Of a stretch of DNA of 64,000 nt, positions 12,660-25,477 are shown piece by piece. Where the stretch lies: contig NC_085844.1 of the NCBI RefSeq assembly GCF_035594765.1, positions 148,940,107 through 149,004,106 on the forward strand, given 5' to 3'. Position 1 is the stretch's first letter, and each line of letters starts with the position of its first letter. The stretch comes from Anolis carolinensis (taxonomy: Eukaryota). Below the pieces are notes generated by a model. That model had not been told where the DNA came from and made no database searches. It worked only from the letters and a program-made list of their open reading frames with translations. Both the position numbers and the translations under genes were made by a program.

Positions 12660-13723
12660 TATTGTATTGTTATTAGTATTATATTGTAGTATATATATAA
12701 TTATATATATAATTATAATATTATTAGCAGTATTATATGTATATACAATGTATTATATTATTATATATATTAATATATTGCAAATTGGCCCCAGAGTATG
12801 GAATGGCCTTGCAGTTTCAAAGCCTGGGTAGTTCCGTGTGTTGGGGGGGGGGGGTGGGAATGCTTTGTTGGGAGGTGCTAGGTGGACCTGATTGTTTCCT
12901 GGATGGAATTCCAGTGTTTTCAGAGTGTTGCTTTTTATTTACTGTCCTGAGATGAGAAAGTGATGAGTACGGAATGGCCTTGTACCTTCAAAGCCTGGCT
13001 GCTTCTGTGCCTGGGGGGGGGGGGGAATCATTTGGTGGGAGGTGTTAGCTGGGTGTGGTTTCCTGGATGGAATTTGTGTGTTTTCAGAGTGTTGTTGTTT
13101 ATTTACTGTGCTGAGATGAGAGAGTGATGAGTACGGAATAGCCTTGTAGGTTCAAAGCGTGGGTGGTTTCCTGTGTGAAGGGGGGAATCGTTTGGTGGGA
13201 GGTGTTAGATGGCCCTGATTGTTTCCTGGATGGAATAGCTGTGTTTTTAGAGTGTTGATCTTTATTTACTGTCCTGAGATGATATTGTTGTGTATTATTG
13301 TACCAGAGTAATTATTTCATATTACAGTAGAATCTCACTTATCCAACATTCGTTTATGCAGTGTTCTGGATTATGCAATGGAGTCTGCCTTTTAATAGTC
13401 AATGTTTTTGGAGTGAGTGTTTTCAATTTATTGTGATATTTTGGTGGTAAATTTGTAAATACAGTAATTACTACATAGCATTACTGCGCATGGAACTACT
13501 TTTTGTGTCAAATTTGTTGTATAACATGATGTTTTGCTGTTTAATTTGTATAATGATTACCTAATTCGATGTGTAATTGGTTTTCCTGAATGCCTTCTTA
13601 TTATCCAACATATTTACTTATGCAACGTTCTGCCGGCTTGTTTATATTGGATAAGTGAGATTCTAGTGTATATTTATAATGTTATATTATTTGTTTAGAA
13701 GTGGATTATATGAGGTGCCTTCT

Positions 13724-13724
13724 G

Positions 13725-13777
<53 letters not shown>

Positions 13778-14212
13778 GTCTTGAATGATTATCATTGTTA
13801 TAAAAATAATAACGTACTATTATTAGTTGTTATTATATTGTTGAATGATTATTATCAATGTTATAATAATTATTAATTTGTGAATAATTCTCACTATAAT
13901 AATAATAATAATTTTCTATTATTACGAATTGTTAATACATTGTTGAATGATTGTCAGTGTTATAATAATTATTATTATGACAGCCTTGAATGTTTATTAT
14001 AGTTAATATAATAATTAGTTATTATTATTAGTTATTATTACATTGTTGAATGATTATCAGTGTTATAATAATAAGAACTGACTATTATTATGAATTATTA
14101 TGTTTTCGAATGATTATCAGTATTATAATAATAATAATAAATTAGTATTATTATTGGTTATTATTACATTCTTAACTGATAATCAGTTATTATTATATTA
14201 ATAATAATTATT
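13724..14212. repeat. (TTA)n plus AT-rich minisatellite inside Helitron 2
   Basis: About 7 copies of TTGAATGATTATCAGTGTTATAATAATA-like units. Confidence 0.85.
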
Positions 14213-14345
14213 ACTCACAGGGAAGGGAAAGGTGAGGGTGATAGGGTTTGAGAGGGAAAAAAGGGGGCTTCAGAGGCATTGGAGGGGTTGTAATTTGTGG
14301 GTGAGAACAACAACAACAATAACAACAACAAAAAAGGGGGGAGCT

Positions 14346-14530
14346 CAGCCTGGGCCAACTTGGGCCTTCCCTTGACTTGTTTTGGGCACCAACTTCCACC
14401 CTTCCTGGCCCGAGGCTCTTTCCTTTTCCCCGTCAGCCATTTAACCGGGTGAGGGGGAAAAGGAAGGGGCCTGAGGCCGGGAAGGGCAGGAGTTGGCGCC
14501 CCAAACAACTCAAGGGGAGGTCCAGGCCTG
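14346..14530. mobile_element. Palindromic hAT-like MITE inside Helitron 2
   Basis: ~70-bp imperfect arms (GGGCCTTCCCTTGA...TTCCTTTTCCCC / GGGGAAAAGGAA...TCAAGGGGAGGTCC); ends CAGCCTGGGCC / CAGGCCTG. Confidence 0.65.
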
Positions 14531-14563
14531 CTCAAGGGCCGTGCCCTCCTCTTCCCCCCTCAC

Positions 14564-14692
14564 CTTGAAGAGCTTGAAGACCTCCAAGAAGAACCGAGAA
14601 GGGAGGAGGAGAGAGGGTGAGGCGGGGGCCTTCCTTGCGCTGAGGGGAGGGGGGAGGGAGCCTGAATTGCGACTGGGGGCCCTCCATGGACC
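14564..14692 (-). pseudogene. Putative Helitron-captured exon (129 nt) of unknown origin
   Basis: Long pyrimidine tract + CAG|GGT acceptor and AAG|GTGAGG donor. Phase-0 translation GPWRAPSRNSGSLPPPLSARKAPASPSLLLPSRFFLEVFKLFK has no stop. Confidence 0.55.
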
Positions 14693-15294
14693 CTGAGGGG
14701 GGAGGAGATTGAGGGGGAGAGGGCAGAGAGCGACTTGAGGCCTGCACACCTCCCAGCACGGCCTCCTGCATCCCGCACCCACCAAGGAATCTGCCTTCCT
14801 ACCTTCCTTCCTTCAGCCCAGGCCCAGCTCTGAGGCGAGGTGTGTGTGTGCGCGTGGGAAGGGATGAGAGGGGAGTGTGCACGCAGGTGCACATCGCCTG
14901 TTGCGGTTTTTGGCCGTTTGTGACCCTGTGATTGTGTTTGTTATGTAAATGTGTTGTATCTTACTGGAGCCATGGATGATGGGTTGTCTTGTCAAATTTC
15001 GAGGTTGGGGGGCCTGTAGATTTGTTGTTTTGTGCGTCGCCGTGATGCCATCACTCATTTATATATATAGATTGTGAAAATAGGCCAAGATTATCCTGGT
15101 CTCTGAACTGTCACACCCAGCTTCTGGAATGATTCCATCAGCTTTGCCTCCGAAATATCCTGCATGTCTCTTGGGAAGACAGGTGGACAAATGTTAGTGT
15201 TCTGGAAGAAACAAAGACCACCAGCATGGAAGTGATGATCCTCTGCGCAGGCCTGTAGCCAGGATTTTGATTCGGGGGGGGGGGGGGGGCTGAC

Positions 15295-15445
15295 CAATGC
15301 CATAACATTGCCATATGGCATATGGCATAACATAGAACAGAGACAGAGAAAAGACGCAGGCACGGGCTGGCCTCGAACTCATGACCTCTTGGTCAGAGTG
15401 ATTTGTTGCAGCTGGCTGCTATCCAGCCTGCGCCACAGCCCGGCC
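15295..15445 (-). mobile_element. Internally deleted copy of the SINE at 43581
   Basis: Head GGCCGGGCTGTGGCGCAGGCTGG...GAGTTCGAGGCCAG joined directly to the tail segment TGTCTCTGTTCTATGTTAT..GGCATTG. Confidence 0.75.
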
Positions 15446-15860
15446 TATGACAAACATTTAATGTCATTATACAGTTAACAAGGACAGACAATTCATAGAC
15501 ATTGCCTAGACAGAGGTAAAGGTTTTTCCCGTCTTTTCCATTTCCGGCAGCTGGAGGCTATGCTCAACTCCAGCCGGGGGGGGGGGGGGGGGGGTTGTCG
15601 CACCATCTTCCATGCCAAGGAGCTTTGTCATCCTTAGATGTCTTCCAGATCAAATTGCTTTATGGGCACCTTTTATAATCTCCCCACTTTTTTTTAAGTA
15701 CCTTTTTATCTACTCATATTTCTTCTTTTGATCTGCCAGGTGGCCAGGGAGTTGGGTCTGATGGTGGTTGCTCTCTCTGACTCAGGCTTGAACTGCCAAC
15801 CTTGCAATGGGCAGGATTTTTTTTTACAGCTAAGGAGTTTAGCCCACTGAGCTAATTCCC
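15446..15860 (-). mobile_element. Older tRNA-derived SINE (Sauria-related)
   Basis: Minus strand TTAGCTCAGTGGGCTAAA (box A), GGCAGTTCAAGCC (box B), GTAGATAAAAAGGTAC core. Confidence 0.55.
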
Positions 15861-18659
15861 CAAGATAATATTTGTATGGTCCCTTTGCCTTAGAGAATTC
15901 CTTGATATACAATTCAACATCCTTATTTTTAGTTTGCTATAATATGATTATGTTTACTTTGATTTGGAATTTGTCATCTCCTTTTGGCGAACTGATCTAA
16001 CGTAACCATCTATCTATTTCCATTTTTGATAAAAGCATTTGCCAGAATCCCACAGCTCTGTTACAAATGCATAACCTACATTTACGCATCCATAAAAGCT
16101 AAGTATTTACGATACTTACATAGCTCCCAGTTTAGGGCTACATAGGATCTGTGAAAACCTCCAAAATTTCATTTACTGGGAAGCAACTGCTGGGATTGAT
16201 CTGGGCTCATTCTTTTGTTGATTGAAGAGTAGCTGCCTGAAGTTGCAGCTTCTCCCACCATGCAAGCATTTTCTGCTTCAAAGAGGATTAGTGTTGGGGT
16301 CTTTTTTCTGCCTGTTGCACTAGAAATTGCTCACAGGAGGGATGGGAACATTAGGGAGCTATCGATCTCATTGACTGCTTCCTAGTAAGTAAGATCAGGG
16401 GAGGGGGGGGAGTTGGCTAGAATCACACAGATCACACAGGATTCTGCCAGTTGAAAGTACAATGGACCCTTGGTATCTACTGGGGTTCTATTCAAGGACC
16501 TCACGTGGATACTAAATTCTTGGATGCTCATATCTTGTTATATACAATGGTGTAAGAAATCATGTGTGTTTTTAAAATATAAATGGGAAAAAAATCATGG
16601 ATTAAAAAAAATTGCAGGGAGGAGAGGAATATTTTTAAGCCATGGGTAGTTGAATCAATGGATGTAGACTCTTTGGATAAGGAGGGCTAACTTTTCCTTA
16701 AGCAACATTTTAAACCTGTAAGTAAAAACTATGAGTTTAACTCCCACATTTAGAACATTATATGTATTATGGACTATATCTTGAATATATTTAGCATTCA
16801 TACAAATGACTCCAAGAAAAGTGTCTTTGAACTTAACTGCATTCATTTAGTCTAGCCTACCTGCCTATATTCACCTGGATAGAAAATGAAATTTTTGCTA
16901 CGCGGGATGCTCTGCTTAAAATGACAGTCTCATCTCCATCTTGTCTATACTCAAATAGCTTCCAAATAATATGTTTTTTTTCAGATGAGTGATTAGAGAG
17001 ATTGTGTAATGCTTGTGTATTCAGGAATATGATGCCTCATTCAAAGCATCATCGTCACAATACATTTTCAATGAACATGCAGAAAATGAAATATTTCTTA
17101 TTTACTTCATTCTTTTTTAATATGCACATTTTTGAAGTTGTGATAGGCACCTAAAAGTACTATATTTTGCCTCTTTTACATTGTTGTCACTACCTTGATC
17201 AGACATTGGCTTTTTATACATTTGTTTTATATAACAAATGAAGTTGCTAGGTCATCCTCGCATTTGTCACAAAACTTTTACCCTCCCAAATGCACCTTCA
17301 TGCATGCTAAGTAATACCGTTCATCTCTAGTAGGGGCTCTATTATTAGAAGTCAGGAAATGGGACAAGGGTTGGGAACCCTATCTAAGCAGGAACATTTT
17401 AATAACCTTACCAAACACTGGAATGCTTCAACTACAAAAACAAACACTAAGGCCCTGCCCTGGATTTCAGTCCGCTTCACAGTGGTGGAATGCACATAGA
17501 AAATCAAATTCATAAAATAGATCTGGGATGTATAAAGGAAATGGGAATAGAAACGCTGTTTCTATTCATAACCATCATACTTGATCCAGTCCCATTCCCT
17601 CCACCTAACCTGATTTGGCAAGTTCAGTCCCTATTCTATTTTAAACCTTCCAAAAATCCTGAACTTGGAAAATCTGATTCTGATAAAGCAAAATAAAACA
17701 GCATTTGGCTTTTTGTTGTTGCTAAAGCATCATACTGCTGGTTCATGGTATATGTATGGTCTACAATCATTCCAAGGTCCCTTTCACATCTAGATTATGG
17801 AGCTATGTATTGCTGATCCTATACCTGTGAACTTGAGCTTTGTGGCCTAAATAAATAATTTTACATTTGTCTCCAATGAATTTCATTTTCTTAATTTTTG
17901 TCCGATTTTCTAGTTTATCTAACTATTTTTTGCAATCTGTACTTTTCTTTCAATGTGTTAGCCACCCTTCCACATTCCAGTGGATGTAATATTTGTCTTT
18001 GCTTGTTCAGTAGCAATGATTTCCTTTCAGTTTGCACAGCTAAAAAATGTGGAAAGAATCAATAAAATAGTGAGAGGTAGCATCAATGGGTTAGATTCCC
18101 TTCCTGGCTCATTAAAAAGGACAGAACATTGTTTGATAGTGGACTGGTTTCTTCCTGGGCGGAAAAACTCAAAAGGTGATGCTGAGTTAACCCTGTTTGA
18201 TTCCTTGGCCAACAGCTTGCAGGGTTCCTTGGGCTTTGGTTTTGTCTCCTAAGCTATTTAACATATAAATTAAATCACTAGGAAATGCCATTTTGAGTTT
18301 TGGATTTCAGTGCCCTTAAAATAGAGCTACATAACTTCAGACAAACTCTTATAGTGTTTTCATCCATGTGTCAATTAATAATAGTGGCTGCTTTCAGAGT
18401 GGTTGCACTTTAGAGACCTGTGTTTTGTAAAAGAAGATGATCATTACTTCAAATTACTTGTCACAATTCAGTCTCAGCCTGCTGTTCTGTTATGGAACAT
18501 AGGGCAAGACACCCTTTTCATAGCTATGTATGCTATCCGATTTAGGTTGGTTATAGTTGACCATTACTCTATGATGGACTTCCCAAGATTGTGTGTATGG
18601 CTGCTTCCATTGGGATGCCATCCCAGCCTTGGTGCAGGGCTCCACTATTTTGTGAGCCG

Positions 18660-18760
18660 GGTTGTTATGTATTTTCCAGGCAGTATGGCCATGTTCCAGA
18701 AGTATTCTCTCCTGATGTTTCGCCCACATATATGGCAAGAATCCTCAGAGGTTGTGAGGT
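18660..18760 (-). mobile_element. Penelope-like element terminal fragment with a hammerhead core
   Basis: Minus strand CCT-CTGAGGA-...-GAAAC-ATC-AGG followed by GAACATGGCCATACTGCC; similar to 20529-20620. Confidence 0.7.
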
Positions 18761-20528
18761 ATTTTGTGAGCCTCTTTTTGACTTTTCAGAGGCTGGGCAT
18801 TCCTCCTGCTTGCATAAGCTGCACTCTTTTTTAAAAAAACACAGTGATACTTTAAGCTAAAAGTTTAGTTCATTCTGTGATTGAGCTCTTAACTCAAATT
18901 GCTCTTATCTCAAAGCAAATTTCCACACTGAAATGAAATTAATCTGTTCCACCCCCTGAAAACCACAGTAATTTTTGTTATGTGTTTTTAAATAAGAAAA
19001 TATGCTTTATACATAACAAGTAATATATAAATGCACATTCACGTGGAACAATAAAAAAAAAGAAAGATCAACTTTAAAATGGTAGAAGCACAAAGTTGTG
19101 GCGAGGAAGCACAAAGTGAATATGCAAAAGCATCATTTTCTTCATATTATACTCATTCCAGCCTGCCTCCCTCTCTTGCTCTCTCTCTTTTCCTCTCTCT
19201 CTTCAAACAGATCAAGAATAAAAACTGCACAAAATCAACTAACCCAAAGTTCCTCAAAGCGGACAAGAGCAAAACAGATAGCAATCCCTCAAAACAGACA
19301 AAAGCACGAGGCATGGACGTTGCTCCCTTAAAGCCCTAAAGCCCCGTAATCTTGCACTGGTGCTCCCTCTCATGCTAGCACTCCCTTTCACGCTAGTTCT
19401 TAACTCAAAGTCCTGCTCACAGCTCAAAACAAATAGAGAAACTGAGCAGATTTGTGGGAAAAACCTACACTTCTTGGCTTGACTTTGGTGCTTTGAACAT
19501 TGCAGAAACCAAACGTTACATGTCAAGAAAAGAAACTCTGAGTTAGTTGCAGTTTTTGATAGTTTTGGTGTTGTGCAGCTCAAATGTTCTGTGGCAAGGA
19601 AAGAAAGTCAGGATGACCAGAGCTCCACCCTTTGCTTGAATGTGGAACAATTTCTTTTCTATACAAAAAGTTGCATTTATAGTTTCTGTGGTAAAAACTT
19701 TGCAGTTGCTGAAAAACTATGCAAATTTCTGGACAATGCTGTGCCACCTTCATACAAAAGTGGTGCAGTTTTTTGTCATTGTGAAAAAACAAATTCCTAA
19801 GAGTCTTGGAACAAAAAATATTTCATTGTTCTTGAAATTGGTAATCAGAAAAACATGCATGCTGCAAACTGCCTTGTAGGTCCGTGCCCTGACAGGCAGT
19901 GTAAAAATGGTCCTGGTCCACAGATAACTGCTTGACCTTCTTTGATTTAAACATGGGATCTGTGTTGGATTTATTAGATGGTGTCTAAACTTCCTATTCT
20001 AATTGGTTGAAACACTTGGCCACTGTACCTCACACTGATGTCTTGACAGAAGGTGCTAAATAGGACAAATAATAAATCCTTTGTTATAAATGCAGACTGA
20101 AGCAAAGCTTAAAGGAAAATCAATGTTGCAATTTTAATTTAGTATATCAGCTTGTGCACTAAAGTTTTCTTTGGCATAGTAACCAATTCCTATCAAACAT
20201 ACCACACAGAAAAGAATTGCACTTTGAGGCTGTATTCTATTCTACACCTCAATAACATGCCCTATATTTTCTTAACTTTGTCAAAGAAACAAGCTTTGAA
20301 CATGAGAGACTACACATATTGTAACTACTTTCTCTGTGTGATTTCAGTACTATGGGCACTGTACTAGGGACATTATTATTATTTAAACAGAATCCATCAA
20401 ATCCTGAACATCACAGCTGAAGTTTTATGGCCTTCATAAAATAACTTTTGGCTTGAGCATGTAAGGAATAAAACAAATACAAACTCAAACACAGCTGCAT
20501 AGTGAAACCTGCTTTAAAATGCATTGTG

Positions 20529-20620
20529 CTGAAGATGCCAGCCAAAGATGCAGGCGAAACGTCAGAAAAAAATGCTACTATAACACAGCCATACAGCCCA
20601 GAAACCAAACAGCACCCCAG
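20529..20620 (+). mobile_element. Penelope-like element terminal fragment with a hammerhead core
   Basis: CTGAAGA-TGCCAGCCAAAGATGCAGGC-GAAAC-GTC-AG...CAGCCATACAGCCCAGAAA. Confidence 0.7.
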
Positions 20621-20794
20621 CATGCTAATAGTTCATTGAGACGTTTTAAAGCAACAGTTTTAAGCAAGCACAATAAAACTAAATAAAATTCTAAGATATC
20701 AATCATGATGGGCTAGAACATTTCCAGTTATTGTATTGCTTTAATGATATTGTGAGTACTAGATTGGACCAAAAGTGTAATTCTATGTAGGGAA

Positions 20795-21987
20795 AGTTGG
20801 GTCGATACAGGGAACGCCGTGGATGTAGCGTACCTAGATTGGAGTAAGGCTTTTGACAAAGTCCCTCACAACCTTCTGGCAAACAAACTAGTAAAATGTG
20901 GGGTAGACAAAACTACGGTTAGGTGGATCTGTAATTGGGTAAGCAAACGAACCCAAAGGGTGCTCACTAATGCGTCGTCTTCATCTTGGAAAGAAGTCAC
21001 AAGTGGAGTGCCGCAGGGTTCTGTCCTGGGCCCGGTTCTGTTTAACATCTTTATTAACGACTTAGACGATGGGTTAGAAGGCACGATCATCAAGTTTGCA
21101 GATGACACCAAACTGGGAGGGATAGCCAACACTCCAGAAGACAGGAGCAGAATTCAAAACGATCTTAACAGATTAGAGAGATGGGCCGAAACTAACAAAA
21201 TGAAGTTCAACAGGGACAAATGCAAGATACTTCACTTCGGCAGAAAAAATGGAATACAAAGATACAGAATGGGGGACGCCTGGCAAGACAGCAGTACATG
21301 TGAAAAAGATCTTGGAGTCCTTGTGGGCAACAAGTTAAACATGAGCCAGCAATGTGATGCGGCTGCTAAGAAAGCCAATGGGATTTTGGCCTGCATCAAT
21401 AGGGATATAGCGTCTAGATCCAGGGAAGTCATGCTCCCCCTCTATTCTGCCTTGGTCAGGCCACACCTGGAATACTGTGTCCAATTTTGGGCACCGCAGT
21501 TGAAGGGAGATGTTGACAAGCTGGAAAGCGTCCAGAGGAGGGCAACTAAAATGATCAAAGGTCTGGAGAACAAGCCCTATGAGGAGCGGCTTACAGAACT
21601 GGGCATGTTTAGCCTGCAGAAGAGAAGGCTAAGAGGAGACATGACAGCCATGTACAAATATGTGAGGGGAAGTCATAGGGAGGAGGGAGCAAGCTTGTTT
21701 TCTGCTGCCCCGCAGACTAGGACGCGGAACAATGGCTTCAAACTACAGGAAAGGAGATTCCACCTGAACAACAGGAAGAACTTCCTCACTGTGAGGGCTG
21801 TTCGGCAGTGGAACTCTTTGCCCCGGACTGTGATGGAGGCTCCTTCCTTGGAGGCTTTTAAGCAGAGGCTGAATTGCCAACTGTCGGGAGTGCTTTGAAT
21901 GCGATTTCCTGCTTCTTGGCAGGGGGTTGGACTAGATGGCCCATGAGTTCTCTTCCAACTCTATTCTATGATCCTATGATTCTATGA
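20795..21987 (+). mobile_element. 5'-truncated young CR1 LINE with an uninterrupted RT ORF (20819-21898)
   Basis: YLDWSKAFDKVPH, SGVPQGSVLGPVLFNIFINDLD, KFADDTKL, LYSALVRPHLEYCVQFW motifs; CR1 3'UTR hairpin and (ATTCTATG)n tail. Confidence 0.96.
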
Positions 21988-22257
21988 AAGGGAACAATAT
22001 TTCCCAGGCCAAAACCCTCTAATTTTATGAATGTTAGGAGAATCTGACAAGAAGAATCATGAATTGACAAACATCTTCACAACTTGGGTCTCACACTCCA
22101 CAAAATTCACACTTGGATGATTTCTGTGCATGAAGCAGCACTTTCTGTGCAAGAACTAATACTTCTACATACAGACATTTTTAGTCAACATTAAATGCGT
22201 GGCTATGTTTTAACCTCCCACCTGTACCCTGAAGTCCATCTTAGAAACTATCCATAG

Positions 22258-23170
22258 TGTTATAGCCCAGCCTGCACCTGAGCTGTCAGGTGAGCCTTGT
22301 GCGCCTTGGGTTGGGCCTGTTCAGCCTGTGATTGTACCTGCACCTGACTTGCCAGAAGACTCTGGGTTGGAGCCTAGCATTCCCATGCTACCAGATAGGT
22401 CTGCTGGTTCTAGACAGCCAGAGTTAGAGGAAGCTGCTGCTCCTGAAGATTCTGGGAACAGGCACACAATGGTTTCAAGCAGGCAACTTGAACCATATTC
22501 TTTGGGAGAGTCAAGGTCGAACTTTCTTCCCAGATGGGCATTTCAGTTGTGATAAGACTAATGAGGTCAACAAAGACAAGAAAGGGAGGTTTTGAGATGC
22601 AGCAAAAGGCTGTTAATGAGAAAAGGTTTTGAACAAACTTCCCACGGAAAGAGGCCTTGATTTCAGCTTTAAGAGGAACTACTTCTGAGAGAGATTTTCA
22701 ATGGTGGTAATTTGTTCATCGAGCGTGGTTCCTGTTCATGGACTCAAAAATCTTGTTTTCATCTTCCTGTGGATTTCCATGCCAAGTTCATGTAGCCTTG
22801 TATCCTGAGTTTTGTTCCAGTCTTTGTTCTTGCTCTTGGGGATTTTTGGATTATCAAGTCATTGTTCCTGGAAGTTTTGCAGTTTAGATTCCTTGTTCCA
22901 GTCAAAGATCCTGTTATCTGTTCCAGTTTTGTTCCTGTTCCGTGGACTAATTTTGATACTTTTTTGAAGTTTATTCTTGTGTTTGATTCTCTTGGACCCT
23001 TGCTTCAAGACTCTCAAGTATCTTGTACTTGGTAGACTAAAACCTTGTTCATTGACTTTGAACTTTGATTTGCTATTGCTTACATATATTCTTCAATAAT
23101 ATACTTGCTTTGCTTATAATCTGGGGCTCCAGTGTGGTTTTGAGGTGTCTCTGCAGCCACAGAGTGATGT
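22258..23170 (+). mobile_element. Probable solo LTR
   Basis: Starts TGTTATAG; purine-rich U3-like part, TATA-like TTTAAG, T-rich R/U5-like part, decayed AATAA. Right end and TSD are not clear. Confidence 0.5.
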
Positions 23171-25477
23171 TTGTTTTTCTGACAAGCAAAGCATGGCAGG
23201 ATGATAGGACCAGTCTCCTCCCACAAATGAATGATGCTGTAAGGACAAGAAATAGGGACTCTTGCAAGACCTATCATAATTCTTTATCAGAGTGTCACTC
23301 TCTGGCATGAGTGGTCTAGTCACATAATTCTACAGCTTCCTGCTTGAAAGCAGTGGAGACCTCAATTGATTCAGGAAGCTGCCTATAAATGTGGTCTTCA
23401 GGATCATTCATGGTCCATAAGCACAACTGAGAATATGAAGCAGTTGTGAGGTCCTGACTTATGACATCATAACAGACGAATATGATATGAACTACAAAAT
23501 TTATGCGGAAAGATTATTTTTTGCACAAAAAAAAGCTATTTATTGCAATTGAAGTGCTGTTTTCTATTAAAATCAATGAAATGTGAATTTCATATTCACA
23601 ATTCAGAATGAGTACTGAATTGTGAATAGGCTTCAGAAACTGTGTGGTTTTCAAAGACTTTTTCACATCAGGGAAAAAATTGCTTAAATTACTCATTTGG
23701 GAAGAAAATGAGTAAAGAACTACATTCTCATTCTATGTATACCTTTTTGGAAGCAAGTACCTTTGAAGGAATGGGAAAGTCCTGTTTAAATGATTCCCCT
23801 GCATTCATTTTTAAAGTTCCATTCTTTCCATCCTGAATAGGTTTCCAAGTTTGATAAACGAAAATTCTCATTTGTCTGCTTAGAATCAAAAAATGATGTA
23901 TGTGTGTGTGCCGCACTAGCATGAGGTTTACTTGGCAACATTTGCTCAGAGTCTCCCTTTGAGAATGAACAAGAGTGACTTGCTAAGATCATCCAGTGGG
24001 CTTCCATGGTTATTTGGGAATTCATAACCTGTTCTCTAGAGTCCTAGTCCAAAACTCAAACCACTATATCACACGGTGTTCCATTTCTTAGTCCATGTAA
24101 TAAACTTGTCAGACTTTTGCAACCTGAATATAATAAATACTGTATGCTCTGACCACACAGAAGGAGACAAAATTTCTTGTTCAGCTTCCCTGTATAAGAA
24201 ATGGAGCATATGATGTACTGGGTTAACTATCTTCAGTGACTGGAACTATACGGTCAATGCGGTTAATTAATCTGCAGAAAGATGCTTGTGGACTCACATA
24301 TGCATGTCTCAAGCTATTAATTATGGTTGCAAGAAATGAAGATTGTATGTGAAATCTTGAAGAAATGAGATACAGATACAGACATTAAATTAATCGATTT
24401 CAACTACTGGTGCATCTCTTCTACATTTTAAAAAAAAGTTTACTAGAATACTTTAAAATCCTTTTAATGGATTAATTGCAAAGTTATTACTATAGAAACA
24501 CGAGAAAAAAATGTTATCTTGGATGATAGGATGCCTCTGCTAAGATGTAAACACAGATACCTACTACAGTACACTCCTGAATTAGTTTTATTTTATGAAA
24601 AACTATATGCAAATGTGATTAGCTTATCAATTACATGATTCATGATTACAATAGGAAAAGTCTGTTTTTTTAAAGCAAACTTCCTAAATAAGTACTTCCA
24701 TTTCTTTTACTGTTCTAAATTATTTTTTAAAATAAGCAGTTGACTACAAAGTCATCTTTAAATATACTCAACAGATTTAACTATTTTTGCAGATTTCTCT
24801 ATCTGGTTTGACTTGTGTTCCTCACAAGCAGTAACCAGACCTCAGGGATGCTTTTTTTTTGTCATCTGTTCCTTTGGATTCCCAAATAATTTTGTTTATA
24901 AGGGAAAAACACCCTGGTCAATTGTCTCTTCAGAAGCTTCCAGGAGCATTAATTTCCTTTTAAAATAGGTCACTAGGTACTTTAACGTTTTAACATTTTA
25001 AATCCCCTGGTTTTCAAAATCAGAAGTGGATTTTTGGGCACTTTCCTTTTCATTCTTCAGGGCTTTTTTGCGATGGAATTCTTTAGAGTCTTGGATGTTC
25101 CTAGGGCAGAAATGTATCCTTCTGAACCATCTAGATTTCACCTCTGTTTATGTGGCTATCCTGCTTTCCCCAGGTTCAATGGCCCGAGAATAGGGGATGA
25201 GACTTACCATGGTCATCTTGTCACTATAGTCACAACAACCATGAAGCAGCAGCCACAGAAGCCCAAAGTGCTCTTGGTCACCGCTCATCGTCCCCCCCCC
25301 CCACCTTAGTCATGCTGGCATGTTTGCAAACATTGGCAAAGGTGACGAGTGACAACCAGGTGCCAGCACTAAGATGCCAAGCTGGTTCAGACCTGCTGGA
25401 CAGTGTGGATTTACTCCTACCACTATGGTAGAATACAGGTGGCCAGTGTGGAGTCCTCTGGGGCTGATCCAGAGTAC

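Larger units (their letters stand above)
12425..15071 (-). mobile_element. Composite non-autonomous Helitron, copy 2
   Basis: Same 5' TCTATATATATAAA..GTGATGGCATCACGGC start and identical 3' hairpin-CTAG as copy 1; A|T target; different internal cargo. Confidence 0.9.

Noticed and set aside
13724-14212. Repeat-spacer-like pattern superficially like a CRISPR array
   Set aside because: Eukaryotic intron; spacers are low-complexity (TAA/TTA), units are degenerate, and there are no cas genes.
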